Positions 49,727 to 63,290 of a stretch of 64,000 nucleotides of DNA are shown in pieces. The notes below the pieces were generated by a model, which searched no databases, was not told the origin of the DNA, and saw nothing but the letters and a program-made list of their open reading frames with translations. Positions within the stretch are counted from its first letter, which is position 1; every line of letters begins with the position of its first letter. Position numbers and translations under genes: made by a program. This DNA is from Mytilus californianus (Eukaryota): assembly GCF_021869535.1 (NCBI RefSeq), contig NW_026262581.1:102610001-102674000 (forward strand). The letters are read 5' to 3'.

Positions 49727-52679
49727 TTGTATATATATATATATAAACTGAAATCTTTAAATGACAACCTAAATTATTGCAGAATTTATTTATTTTTCAA
49801 ATGATTTAATGTTTGTGAGTCATTTATTTCAAATAGTTAACCCGTACTGTAATAAGGAGATGTGGTTACATGATTGCCAATGAGATAACAGTCTGATAAC
49901 TATCCACCAGAGTCTAAATAATGTGGCTGTTGGCAGTTATAAGTCACTTTCCAGACCTCAACAATGAGCTAAACCGATTCATTGTTTTCATGCACCATAG
50001 GAAAAAGAGGAGTTGTGGCTTGGTGACAAGAAAATATAAGAAATATAATAATAATATAAATAAGAAAAAAAGAAAAAAGACAGGACTAAGCCACTAGACT
50101 ATATATAAAGTGCTCCATTACTAATCCTCAGAGGAGCTGCTGATCTATACTAGTACTTCGAAAAGAAAGATGTTGAGGACTTAGCCAGGGCAAGCTGAAT
50201 TTTGAGACTTAGGAACATCAGAGTAGATGTGGGACACCACATATATAGGCCAATCTGCCCTATTTGCTGCCACCTATTAAAATTAATGCCTAGGGTGGTA
50301 ATCAATCCCATGTGCATTTAATCTGTTGTTCTCTATGCAAAAAACGCAGCTGTAATGTAAATATGGGAATTTACATCATTATAGCCTCATTTTTATAAGG
50401 ACCTAGCTAGACCTTTCTCTTAGCAAGGTGTATTATATAACTCTGAAAGCAATACAATCCAGTGTTCTACCCAGGACTTTTTTATATATGTGGTATTAGC
50501 GCCTGGTTTAAGATTGATTCACCTTATGTTTTGTGTTTATGACTTGATGTTTCATTTATTTATAACTACCATGTTAGTTATATTATATTAAATAGACAAA
50601 GACCTGGATTTTTTATACATGTGCCATGTGCATGAACAGAAATGCAAATAAGTGATTATTAATTAAACTTTAAAAATTAAAATGCCTAGATAACTTAAAT
50701 AATTTGATTTTATTACCACACGTCCCCAAATGTAGCACAGTAGGTATATCATTTTTTCTCATTTTCAGTTGTATGACTCATAAACTAGTTATATATCCTT
50801 TACAGCTTCATAATTTACTTACACATACTTAAGAAGGTTTTCAATGACAAAATTGGAATTTCTTCATTAATTTTTATTTACATTTATCATATTACAATTT
50901 TGCAATTAAAATTGGTATATCCTTAAATATCAAAGGAAGAAATGGAATCACGCTTTCCATAAGTACTGAAATGTTATTAAAGACATGGTTAAAAAGGCTA
51001 ACATATTTGATCATATTCCAAGATTAATATGATAGAAATCTTTTTTTTAAGAAGTTTTTTTTTATTATTAAAGGTGGATTATCAATAAATAAATTTTTGC
51101 CAATTGAAACATTACAACCGCCTTTAAAAAATGTGTTTGATAATTTTATGAATATGTGAATATTGCCACCAGAAATATTTTACAAGATTTGACAATACTT
51201 GTTTTAGCACTTTTGCCCACTGAAATTGTCTCCCTTCACAACTTCCTGTTTACACATTATTTGCTGTATCTCTTGGAATCATTAAATGCCATTCCTTATC
51301 CAAGCCATCCAGTTTTAACATTGATTTTTAAATAATATTTAATTAATAGTTATTGAAAAGTGGATGGCAAATCTCAATATTTTTAATTTATTTTCAAGAA
51401 ATTTTCGTATCCGATTTTTGAAAATAGCGATGCAAGTAAAATTAATCGTAAAATACGGGCTTGTAATGAACACCTGGACAACGGGAATGCTTTTCTCAAA
51501 ACAATACAGGTTTAATTGTTAACTCGAAAAAGTAATGAAATTATCGTAGATGATTCAAAAATGGACGAGACCACGTTGTCAGAGAAAAAACTTTCCTTAA
51601 ATACTTTTGGTATGATTTATTGAGCACTGCCTACTCCTTTTATAAAGTTTCTGCATCTTTTAATTCTTTTTAAAGTGAAAAATCCACAAAGAAATAGTCC
51701 TTTGACAGAAAAACCTATGCAAATATCGCAATTTTGTTCTTTAATTGAACCTGCCCCTTCGATATTTAACCTATATTATGTCTGCAGCAGTAACTTTGTA
51801 AACAAAATACATACGCACCTCGTGGATATAACCGTATCACTAATTTTCGATTCTTTAAAACTTCTTAAATCTTGATAAAGACCATTATCTTTCGTATGAT
51901 TTCAAGATGATTCTGATTATTATTTTTTGAATGACTTTAAAGTCTAGCTGACAAGAAAGGTTGACATACTTTCAAGAACTATTTTGTCTAGCGATAGCGA
52001 TTTGTTATCATTGGTATGTAAAAAGTCCAAACCATAACAAAACGGATTTATTTATATTCTGATTTTTTTACGGATTGTAAAGATATGCACATAAAAGCAA
52101 AAGCTCATATAAATATGAAAAATATACTTAAGGGATAGCTCAAAATACCATTTAATAACAATAAACATATAGACAGGTTAAGAATGAAATTCTGTACAGT
52201 ACATAGGTATGTAAAATACGGAACCGGGTTCGGAAGGCGGCTTGGAAGCGATAAAATAACATCTTGTCAATGGTATAGTAAAATTGACGCTTTGACAGCG
52301 TCATTTTCCAAAAACTGAACAACACAAACCTACAAAACCTTGGGGTGATCTCAGGTGTTGAAGGGTAGTAAGATTCTGCTCCACTATATGCACCTGTCAA
52401 GTTGCTAATGGCATATAAAAGAATTCGGTAATAATTAAGTCGCATTCAATAATGTCATAATTGGGGAAAAAAAGATGAAATTGTAGTCATCTCTGACACT
52501 GATTTCATGATGGTCAACCAAATGACACGCAAAACTTTCGAAAGGATGACTTCAACTTTACAAAAAGGAACCTTTGTTTCAATAGCTTACTTGTAAATAA
52601 GCAACCCACTATCATAATTGGAAACGCAAGTTCTGGGATATCGCATCGACTGGAGATATACTAGCAAATAATAAATTGA

Positions 52680-53077
52680 AAATGTGTCTATGGGCCATAG
52701 ATGCCCCCGCTTGTAAATATGCATGAGTCAACTTCCACATACAGATGCAGGATTCACGTTATTAAGACCGTTTTTGTGATTATAAGCATTGTGTATAAGT
52801 TTCAGAACATTTGGTTGAGGCAGACTAAAGTTAGAGAACAGAAACGACAGATTTAGCCATTTTCCATTTATAAAGGGGGAATAACTCATGAACAGTAAAG
52901 GTGACGCCACCCAATTTCGAACTTGATCTGTGTTTTGTGGTAATAAGCATTTAGTATAAGTTTTATAACATTTGGTTAAGGCAAACTAAAGTTAGAGAAC
53001 GGAAACCAATTTCGGGACGTACGGACGGACAAGGGTAACACTTAATGCCGCGATGCCTAACGGCGGGAGCATAAAAA
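52680..53077 (+). mobile_element. HINE/Pearl/DINE-1-like non-autonomous element
   Basis: AATGTGTC.ATGGG..A.AGATGCC head, internal duplication, (GGAC)n microsatellite, 3' GC-rich hairpin and A-rich end; sister copy at 56075-56352. Confidence 0.7.
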
Positions 53078-53774
53078 TGGGAATCCTTTCTTCTTTTTTT
53101 TTTGTAAGTATATATACTCCATATGAATGAGCTACTGTATTTATGCAACATAGAAATGGTTCACCATTGGAAAGCTGAAATCATCTCTTTTGTCGTAAAG
53201 TTTAGTTCTCAATTGACCTTCATATTTAATTTCTAAATGTAAGCCAAGCCATGAAGCAGATTTATTACCTGTATCTGTGGTATCCTTTAAGTTTGACGTG
53301 ATAAGATGAATTCAACAAGTATGATAATACACATACTCATAATGTATTAAACTGAATATGAAAATAACGCTTTATAAATTGTGTGCATCCGAAGACCTTT
53401 TCTGGATTTACCATCATCAGGAACCCTCAAACTACAGTTGAAAGCTAGGGATGTTAAAATTTGTAGACCATTCAGTAGCTATAATGTTAGCACTGAAACA
53501 CTGTACTGTAAATCACAGTTTTCACCTAAAATGGTAATCTACCCTTGATCTGTAAGGTCTGTAATTATTGATTACATTTAGGTTCTTTACTAGTTGACAT
53601 ACATTTGGCCTATTTACAGTCTTTGAAAATCTATAGAAAATGATTTGCTGTACACGGCTTGCTTAACTGAGTTATTTGGTATATACATAAAGTGGGACAC
53701 TGACTTGTCACATTCAAATACAAGTTTTCATGGTCCAACTGACTTGTTGGACTAATTTACAGCCTTTTGAAATT

Positions 53775-54665
53775 TAACAAGAGTGCACACGCTGAAATGT
53801 CTCGCCTTCTTTACTAGCCATGGATATGATGGTGATAGTCCTAAATATAAAGCTTTACTACAACTATCACATAAACTTAAAATGATCCAGAATGAGGTCA
53901 AGGTCAGATAAACCTAACTGGAAATACATTTACACCTTACAATCATACAATCATTCCATACACAAAATATAGTTGACCTATTGCTTACAGTATTAGAAAA
54001 ACAGACCAAAAAACCAAAACTTAACATTGAGCAATGAACCGTAAAAATGAGGTCAAGGTCAAATAAATTATGCCAGACTGACATGTACATGGTAAAATAT
54101 TTTCATACACCAAATATAGTTGACTTATTGCATACAGTATTAGAAAAACAGACCAAAACACAAAAACTTAACTTTAACCACTGAACCATGAAAATGAGGT
54201 CATGGTTAGATGACACCTGCCAGTTGGACATGTACACATTACAATCATTCCATACACCAAATATAGTAGACATATTGCTTATAGTATCTGAGATATGGAC
54301 TTGACCACGAAAAACTTAACCTTGTTCACTGATCCATGAAATTAGGTCGAGGTCAAGTGAAAACTGTCTGACGGGCATCAGGACCTTGCAAGGTACGCAC
54401 ATACAAAATATAGTTATCCTATTACTCATAATAAGAGAGAAATTAAGATTACAAAAAATCTGAACTTTTTTTTCAAGTAGTCACTGAACCATGAAAATGA
54501 GTCGAGGACAATGGACATATGACAGACGGAAACTTCATAACATAAGGCATCTATATACAAAGTATGAAGGATCCAGGTCTTCTACCTTCTGAAATATTAA
54601 GCTTTTAAGAAGTTTGTTAACGCCGCCGCTGGATCACTATCCCTATGTTGTAGGCTCAACAAAAA
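53775..54665 (+). mobile_element. HINE/Pearl-like element with about 5 internal ~150-bp tandem subunits
   Basis: AACAAGAGTGCACACGCTGAAATGTCTCGCC head; recurring AAAATGAGGTCAAGGTCA and CCAAATATAGTTGAC motifs at ~150-bp period. Confidence 0.7.
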
Positions 54666-54724
54666 AATTATAAATTTTATAACAAATTTCAGGATACATG
54701 GTTGTTTTAATGTATTATATATAG

Positions 54725-54930
54725 AACAAGAATGTGTCTATAGTACACGGATGCCCCACTCGCACTATCATTTTCTATGTTCAGTGGACCGTGAAATTGG
54801 GGTCAAAACTCTAATTTGGCATTAAAATTAGAAAGATCATATCACAGGGAACATATGGACGGACGAACAAACGGACGCACGGACCGAAAAACATAATGCC
54901 CCTCTACTATCGTAGGTGGGGCATAATAAA
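54725..54930 (+). mobile_element. Short HINE/Pearl-like element
   Basis: AACAAGAATGTGTC head, GGAC/GAAC microsatellite, 3' hairpin ATGCCCC..GGGGCAT. Confidence 0.7.
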
Positions 54931-55269
54931 AACTTTTTTGTATGGTAATGATTACTAAGAAAATTTATTCATACTTTCTTATAATTTGATAGATGAAATT
55001 GATTAAACAAAGACAAATTTAATAGTCTGCAATGCTGGAAGTATTCAATTTGCACGGCTGTCAAAATTATCAGATGTTATTCTAGAAGGAAAACATTATA
55101 AGACTATCCTTATAAAAAAAGATTGAAAATTTGTAAAATATTGCATTTGATGATCTCTGTAGTTGGTCATTGGACAGAAATATGAAAAAGGACCAGCACA
55201 GAGCAGTTGCTTCAACATTTTTTCAAGAAAGTTTCTGTATTTGAACACACAAAAATTATACCTCATTCA

Positions 55270-55527
55270 TGATTCATGAATGATTGCTAGTGTTTAACAC
55301 AAATTTCAGCACACTTGTTACAGTGTGACGACCTGTTTTTATTGGTGGAGGAAGCTGGAGTGCCACTGAGAACCACTGACCTAAGGCAGGAAAACTGGAA
55401 ATCCTAGTCAATCAAGATAGGAGTTGAACCACCTTCCAAGTGCAGGGTTTGAACTCATCACCTCATTGTTGACAGGCTAGTGATTGCTGAAGATGAACCA
55501 CTTAGACCACTCAGCCATTGAAGCCCC
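55270..55527 (-). mobile_element. V-domain SINE, diverged minus-strand copy
   Basis: Reverse-complement similarity to 28445-28710 along its length. Confidence 0.75.
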
Positions 55528-56074
55528 ATATAACTCATTCATGTTTTACTATTATCTGTCTGGCAGCCATGATAATGTACATGTAAGATCATAAAAGATA
55601 CTGTAGATCAGGAATTGCTGTGTTATCATCCATGCTTTGTTGGATTCATATGATTATTTACTAACAGTTGTTTGAATAAACAGCTGTGCAAAGAGTGCAT
55701 TATACGCCTTTATTGTGCATATTGAAATTGTTGCAAGAATAGACTGATATTTCGATAGCATTTAATCATATGTTCACCAATTCCAACAATTATGTAAAGT
55801 TTCCACTGAATCAATTAAAGCAAACTCAAGTTATGGTACAATATATGAAAAATTTACTAAAATCTGACAATTAAAGTCCCATAACTCTGAAGCAATAAAC
55901 TGGAAAATTTAATACAATAAAAGATAGCCTCCTTTCATCAATCCCAACAATAATGTAATGTTTTGAGGAAATCAATCCAGGAATACTGGAGTTAGTGAAC
56001 GATTAATGAAAAATTGCATTAAATCTGATCAAAGCTCTGTAACTGTGAATGACAAATCCAAAAAAAAAAAAAAA

Positions 56075-56352
56075 GACAGAAAAATGTGTCCATGGGACAC
56101 AGATGCCACTTGTAAATATACGGCAAATTCATCAATTTTTACATTCGATAAGGGACATACCTGGAGAACGGTGAATATGACGCCACCCATATTCGACTTC
56201 ATCTGTGTTTGGTGGTAATAAGCATTGTGTATGAGTTTCATAACATTTGGTTGAGGCAAACTAAAGTTAGAGAATGGAAACTAATTTTGGGACGTACGGA
56301 CGGACAAGGGTAAAACTTAATGCCCCTCCGTCATGGCAGGGGCATCAAAAAA
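56075..56352 (+). mobile_element. HINE/Pearl-like element
   Basis: Similar to 52680-53077; ends TGCCCCTCCGTCATGGCAGGGGCATCAAAAAA. Confidence 0.7.
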
Positions 56353-56637
56353 CTCAAAAGGGAGCTTTCTGCCTTCAATGTCAATGTTGTGTTAAAGCTA
56401 TATGAGAATTGGTTTATTCATTTACATATCATAGTAATAATGTAACAGACAAGATTGAATGTATATGAAAATTACAAAACCATATCTCCCTTCCAATAAA
56501 ACAATATTGATGTTAACATTTATAAAACAATCCCGTTTTCATTTTCACATCTTCAAGGGTATCATGACATCTTTGCACAGTTTTCTTTTCTCTCAGAAAC
56601 AATTCTTAAACTAACAAATTACGACTTATCAATGTTG

Positions 56638-56743
56638 TCATCTTTCAACATGGCTCTCGTCCTCTTCTTCAACATACAATTCTTCTGATTCATATTTAAG
56701 TTCTTCCAAAAAGTCATTTATTTTATCAACAATTTCCTTTAAC
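56638..56743 (-). CDS. Probable terminal coding exon of an unidentified host gene
   Basis: Strong acceptor TTATTTTCATTTTTCAG, then G|LKEIVDKINDFLEELKYESEELYVEEEDESHVER*; AATAAA on the minus strand at 56413-56418. Confidence 0.6.
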
Positions 56744-58127
56744 CTGAAAAATGAAAATAAAATATTGAAATAGTAAAGAGTACTTGACACGAATGTTGAT
56801 ACATTGCAGAAAAATGCTGTTGTATTTGAATCATTTGAAAGGGCAATGAAGTTTCAAACTCGTCTGGGTCAAATGAAATCCGTCAGTTGTGCATGTTCTG
56901 ATACAATGTACATTTGTACATGCAATAAATCAACCCACACGGTCACACCATAATAATGTTATTAAACTTTCCAGACCGACTCTATCACGATTTTTCCCTT
57001 TCTTACAAAAATTTAAAGCTTAACTGGAGAGAAAGATGTAACAGTATACTGCATAAAACAATGGTAAAAATTATCCCTAATTAATGTTTGACACATTTTA
57101 AGTAGCTGTAATCTCCTATTCCCTTCCTAGTTGTTTGTCAAAAATTATTACATGTGTGTTCGTGTCTTTATTTTAGAGATGTTACACCTGAACAAAATGA
57201 CCTTGTTTCTCCAAGTTGAATGAATAAAGAAGACTTTTTTGTTAAATAAACTGAATGTGACTTTTTTCCTTTGTAATACTGGTTATTTCAAGCATTCCTG
57301 TCAAGTTTTGTCATAATCAGTTCAATAGTTTGAGAAAAATCTAGTATAATGTAAGACGACATCTACAGCGATTTGAGCAAAATTTCTTCGAAAAATCCAA
57401 ACAAAGCCGCATCATAATAGAATATAGTGTGGACCAATAAATGATCAAATATTTATCTCATCTGCCTACAAACAGTTGAATATGATACAAAAGATGACTT
57501 TAGGATGATAAATACTACTAATGGACCTCTTTGTCTTCCTTATAAGGTCTCTTTTGGTCCATTTATACCTCTCATTTCCACAAAATTTCTACTTTTTAGG
57601 CCAATAAATAAAAATTTTGGGGTAACTTTCACTCATTTATGATGGAAATGTTATTATAAATGATTAATTGAAGTATTCAAGCAGAATGAACTATCCGTAT
57701 AAAAGTTTACTGTCTCCAAGGAGGTTTCAATAAGTCCTTACGTAAAACTTAAATTTACGCCGCGTTCCAGAGAGGGACATAAAAAACTTCTCTTTTGGCG
57801 AATAATTTGTTGTTACTGCTTTAAAAATAAGTTCATTTACTTAAAACTATATATTTATTAAAGTATTTCTTAAGAAAAATTTTCTAGTATAGCAGAATAT
57901 AAGAAATAAGGAGAAAAAGCTCCCCAAAACTCTAAGTATGGCTTGTTCTGTCAACTAATATTCATGGTAGAGTCCTATTTCAAGGAAATTTTCTCATAAA
58001 ATGTATTTTGGAGACTCAATCCACTCAGAATATTTCATTATTTGTAATATTTCACTTAAATAGCAAGAAATTTTAACACATGAGAGTACTCACAAGGTCA
58101 AAGGTGCATGTACAGCTTCCCATATTA

Positions 58128-58736
58128 GGTGTAATACCACCATTGATTTCCCCCTATTAGTCTTTGTTAAATTTGCACTTTTCAAAAAATTGTGCAGAAT
58201 GTATCTTTGTTTCAAATAAAGAAATACTTGGCATGAGTAAAGATTTATCCTGTCCAGTACTATAGAAAAATTTCACATAACATTTCATTGCATATAAGAA
58301 AATAACCATCACTGGAAGTTAACCAATCAAATTTTCCCCCTTTTTTAACCTGTGTACAAGCTTTAGTAACCATGTAACCTCAAGTTTCCAAAATATTCTA
58401 TAGAAACCCCAAATAAAGAAATAATGGTGCTTTGAAATACCCAAGATATATGTTTATGACTCAGAAATGTTTTACTGCAATGAAATGTAGGATCAATTAC
58501 CTGTGGCAGCCCAGGCAGCCCAGGCTTGTAATATTGCTCTCGGGCCTGTAAAAATCATATCTACAAGCCAACAGAATCTAACTAAAAATTTTCAAAAATT
58601 GAGCTCCGGGCCTGTAGATTTAGCAGTTCATCTTGAAGACTGAGCCTACAACTGTCAAATTCAAGGGAATATTTTTTTTCGACCTATTTTCGTATGCAAC
58701 CGGATGTGACGTACTATGATTTGGTGGTATTACACC
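58128..58736. mobile_element. MITE with TA TSD (copy 1, contains the 142-bp insertion)
   Basis: ta|GGTGTAATACCACC ... GGTGGTATTACACC|ta, perfect 14-bp TIRs. Confidence 0.85.
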
Positions 58737-59639
58737 TAAAGAAGACTTTTTTGTTAAATAAACTGAATGTGACTTTTTTCCTTTGTAATACTGGTTATTT
58801 CAAGCATTCCTGTCAAGTTTTGTCATAATCAGTTCAATAGTTTGAGAAAAATCTAGTATAATGTAAGACGACATCTACAACGATTTGAGCAAAATTTCTT
58901 CGAAAAATCCAAACAAAGCCGCATCATAATAGAATATAGTGTGGACCAATAAATGATCAAATATTTATCTCATCTGCCTACAAACAGTTGAATATGATAC
59001 AAAAGATGACTTTAGGATGATAAATACTACTAATGGACCTCTTTGTCTTCCTTATAAGGTCTCTTTTGGTCCATTTATACCTCTCATTTCCACAAAATTT
59101 CTACTTTTTAGGCCAATAAATAAAAATTTTGGGGTAACTTTCACTCATTTATGATGGAAATGTTATTATAAATGATTAATTGAAGTATTCAAGCAGAATG
59201 AACTATCCGTATAAAAGTTTACTGTCTCCAAGGAGGTTTCAATAAGTCCTTACGTAAAACTTAAATTTACGCCGCGTTCCAGAGAGGGACATAAAAAACA
59301 TCTCTTTTGGTGAATAATTTGTTGTTACTGCTTTAAAAATAATTTCATTTACTTAAAACTATATATTTATTAAAGTATTTCTTAAGAAAAATTTTCTAGT
59401 ATAGCAGAATATAAGAAATAAGGAGAAAAAGCTCCCCAAAACTCTAAGTATGGCTTGTTCTGTCAACTAATATTCATGGTAGAGTCCTATTCCAAGGAAA
59501 TTTTCTCATAAAATGTATTTTGGAGACTCAATCCACTCAGAATATTTCATTATTTGTAATATTTCACTTAAATAGCAAGAAATTTTAACACATGAGAGTA
59601 CTCACAAGGTCAAAGGTGCATGTACAGCTTCCCATATTA

Positions 59640-60104
59640 GGTGTAATACCACCATTGATTTCCCCCTATTAGTCTTTGTTAAATTTGCACTTTTCAAAAA
59701 ATTGTGCAGAATTTATCTTTGTTTCAAATAAAGAAATACTTGGCATGAGTAAAGATTTATCCTGTCCAGTACTATAGAAAAAATTTCACATAACATTTCA
59801 TTGCATATAAGAAAATAACCATCACTGGAAGTTAACCAATCAAATTTTCCCCCTTTTTTAACCTGTGTACAAGCTTTAGTAACCATGTAACCTCAAGTTT
59901 CCAAAATATTCTATAGAAACCCCAAATAAAGAAATAATGGTGCTTTGAAATACCCAAGATATATGTTTATGACTCAGAAATGTTTTACTGCAATGAAATG
60001 TAGGATCAATTACCTACAACTGTCAAATACAAGGGAATATTTTTTTTCGACCTATTTTCGTATGCAACCGGATGTGACGTACTATGATTTGGTGGTATTA
60101 CACC
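59640..60104. mobile_element. MITE with TA TSD (copy 2, 465 bp)
   Basis: Same TIRs as 58128-58736. Confidence 0.85.
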
Positions 60105-60736
60105 TAAAGGCTTATTTGGCTGCAATCTATTTCACAAATACTATATAAATGCTTGACTGTACTTGAAATTGAATACCTATTTCCAAATTTGATTAACAAA
60201 TTAACAATTAACACAGTAAAACCTCTTTTAAGATCAGTTTTCTCTGGTCCCAAAGGTGACCTTTATATACAGGTTTGATTGTACTCTTGCAAACACATCC
60301 ATGAATAAATGGTAAACTTTGTGTATTTACTTTTGTTGACAACCATGTGTTTTTGGCAGGAAAAAAAGGGAAATAAACTATTACAGACAACAATTTATAG
60401 AGTAAAGTCTTAAGAATTTCATTCTGACATTGACTTGTTTTGGATTTATTTATTGTATCATAAATGGGAGTAAACCTATACAGCAATGTTTGAAATAGCT
60501 TTGAGATTCTGAAAATTCAATTTTATAACAGAAACAGCGATGTTTGAAATAGCTTTGAGACCTTGACAGTTCAATTTTATTTGATTTTTTGAATTCCTTT
60601 TGTCATTTCTGTAGATTAGACCACAAGGCAATTGAAATAAAATCTAAACTTTTGTTATGAAAAGGCTCCATAGGGTAATATAAATGTATAATGCATACAA
60701 ATTTATCACATGAAAAGCATTATACAGATGATTCAC

Positions 60737-60833
60737 TTCACCCTGAAGTCTTCTATTGGGTCATCACTTCCCAAAGCTGCTTGGTTGCTAGGGAGAAGAC
60801 ACTTCTCTCTAAAATTCTGAAGTGTGGTGACCC
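60737..60833 (-). CDS. Candidate penultimate exon of the same gene
   Basis: cag|GG-VTTLQNFREKCLLPSNQAALGSDDPIEDFRV-AA|gtgaat. The phase-2 end joins the terminal exon in frame (..DFRVKLKEIVDK..). Splice sites are moderate and a plus-strand reading is also open. Confidence 0.45.
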
Positions 60834-61545
60834 CTGATCAACCAAAGTTAAAGTTACTTGTACATTTACAGGTATCATTTAGAATGATACACACATATTA
60901 GTGAATGTTATACATTTTGCAACTTTCAACAAAAAAAAACCCCAAAAAACCTTATCTTGAAAACTAAGGTTGAAGTAAAAGTTAAAGGTATGTGGAATAG
61001 CATTTCAGCCACTGAATTTTCAAAATATGAAGAACTTTGGAGATTAACATTCACTTTTAGATAGATTAAGAATAATACAGCCTTAAAAAATAGGTTTTCA
61101 TATGTCATAATTATGGTTTTATGTGTGTTTTTCTTGGCAATTATCTGTTTGGCAGTCTGTGTTTTTCAAATTAAGACTCTGAATAGGTCTAGAAATTACT
61201 GTATGGCTTTTGTCTGCATATAAAGGCTGAAAATGTGATGCAATTATATCATGTCTTTAAAAAAATGATGCCAAAAGCATAATATGTTTATTTGATCTGT
61301 CAGCAAATTAATGTCAATTTTTCAGAATGGTATCACTCAAAAGGATTAAAATTCTACTCTGGTCAAATTTTGGTGCCAAATTGATACATGTCTGCATTAA
61401 ATTGTTCAGATTCAAGTTACCTGTTTATTTATCAATAACATTAAGATTCTTTTGAAAGACTTGAGTAATTTTACTATTTATACAATTTCAGGGGCTCATT
61501 TCATACCTCCTCCTTTTAGTTACTTGATTTTAGCAACTAAAAATC

Positions 61546-62880
61546 CAGGCGCGTAGCTGCCTTTACGCAAATACTCATTTGCTTGCACAATTTTTTCCCA
61601 AAAAAATTAATTCTGAAATTAAATTAAGAATGAGTAGGAAGACAGATCAACCGGGCTAACTATCCAGCTGACACCCCAAGTCAGTATTGGAAGCGAGCCT
61701 TGTATTTCTCCTTTCTTGACTATTTCTTTGAAGAATTCACAGGACGTTTACTGGATAACTCTGATCGTTTTCAAGGCCAGACCCTTATACCTGCAAGTTT
61801 GGAATCTTTAACAGCAGAGTGTATAGACAAACTATACGAAACATTTAGACACGAATTGACGGACAATCAAGAAACCTTCAACTCTGAGGTAAAGAGATGG
61901 CAGAGACGCTGGTCGGGTCCAGGTGTTATAAAGTAGCCCAAATCTCTTATGTCGTCTCTAGCAGTGACTAAAAAGGAACTATATCCTTCAATAGTTTGCA
62001 ATCGTGTCAATCCTAGTTACAATGCCAGTAACTACATCAACTACTGAACGGTCATTTAGTGCATTACGGCGACTGAAAGCTGATCTCCGTTCAACCATGG
62101 TATAGGACAGACTATCTTCGTTGGCGCTCATACATGTTCACAGAGAAATGAATATCAACACCGAGAGAGTTCTGCGATCATTTGTCTTGGCAAAAAATAG
62201 ATATATATTGACTTTGGATATTAACTATACTTTAAGTCTTACATGCAGTATTAACATTTAATAATACAGGCTCAATACAATAACCTTGAAAACATCTTAG
62301 ATTTATATCCCTCACTTATAAGTCAAGACTTAAAAGTCGCCGTTTGATTTCGTATTCACATTGTCCGTTCGTCCAAAAGACTATTAATTCACCTTGGGTA
62401 TCTGTGTCCCAAGTGACCTTCTACCGTTGTCGTAGAAACCTCTCCTTTGATTCGAAAATGACCTTAGTGCGAAACGCTACGGTCGGGTGTCTTGCAAGAA
62501 GCAGGACCTGCTTACCCTTCCGGAGCACTGGAGGTCGCCACATTTTTTTTTCGGGGTTCGTGTTTTTTATCAGTATTTAGTTTTCAATATTGAATGTTTT
62601 TGTTTGTTCTTTTGTGTCTTATCTGATCCTGGGTTGGTCAAGTGTCCATTGATTGCCCTTCTATTGATAAACGCTTCGGTTGACTTGTCGTCTGATCTTC
62701 CCGTTTTATAAAATTTATTTTATATTTGAAAACAACCATGTTAATAAGGAGTAATGTGAATTTCATAAGCATGGCATTCCTGGAAAATGACCAAAAATAA
62801 TTATTTTCGGCATAAAAAGGTCCCAAAAAATTGGTAAAAGACTTATGCTTGCACTTTATTTTAGGCCAGCTACGCCCCTG
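61546..62880 (+). mobile_element. Internally deleted hAT transposon with a 5-bp TSD
   Basis: aaatc|CAGGCGCGTAGCTG ... CAGCTACGCCCCTG|aaatc. Confidence 0.85.
61637..62224 (+). pseudogene. hAT transposase C-terminus with dimerisation domain (P52rIPK/ZMYM1-like)
   Basis: RQINRANYPADTPSQYWKRALYFSFLD..; ILVTMPVTTSTTERSFSALRRLKADLRSTM.*DRLSSLALIHVHREM; stops and one frameshift. Confidence 0.9.
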
Positions 62881-63290
62881 AAATCAATAAATCAAACATT
62901 TTGTTTTAAATAACTGAATTGCACAATTAATAAAATGTATCTATCCAAACACATAATACATTCTATTATAAAACATATTCATATACCATAGTGCTATAAG
63001 GCCTCGGGAAGATCACTGTGTGGTTATATAGCTCATCAACTTACATACATGACTTAGGAGTGATTTTAAAAATCCAAAGAAAGACTTGAGTTAAAAAATC
63101 CATAACTCCCCTCTAAATCCAGCAATGTGTATGTATCAACTTTATTGAGCATGGGGGCTGCATCACTAATGTTTCTTGTGTTTCAATTATATGAGCGATT
63201 TTAATATTCATATAAATTAAAATATATGCAATACAAAGTACATGATCTGCCTACAATCTATGCATACAAACTTTTCTTTATGGCTTTCAG

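Larger units (their letters stand above)
57225..60109 (+). repeat. Recent tandem duplication (57225-58741 and 58737-60109)
   Basis: Fewer than ten substitutions noticed over ~1.37 kb; TAAAG microhomology at the junction; a 142-bp insertion (58503-58644) in copy 1 only. Confidence 0.95.

Noticed and set aside
60926-61230. Additional exons of the minus-strand host gene
   Set aside because: Several open stretches exist on both strands, but none gave matching splice phases with the 60737-60833 exon.
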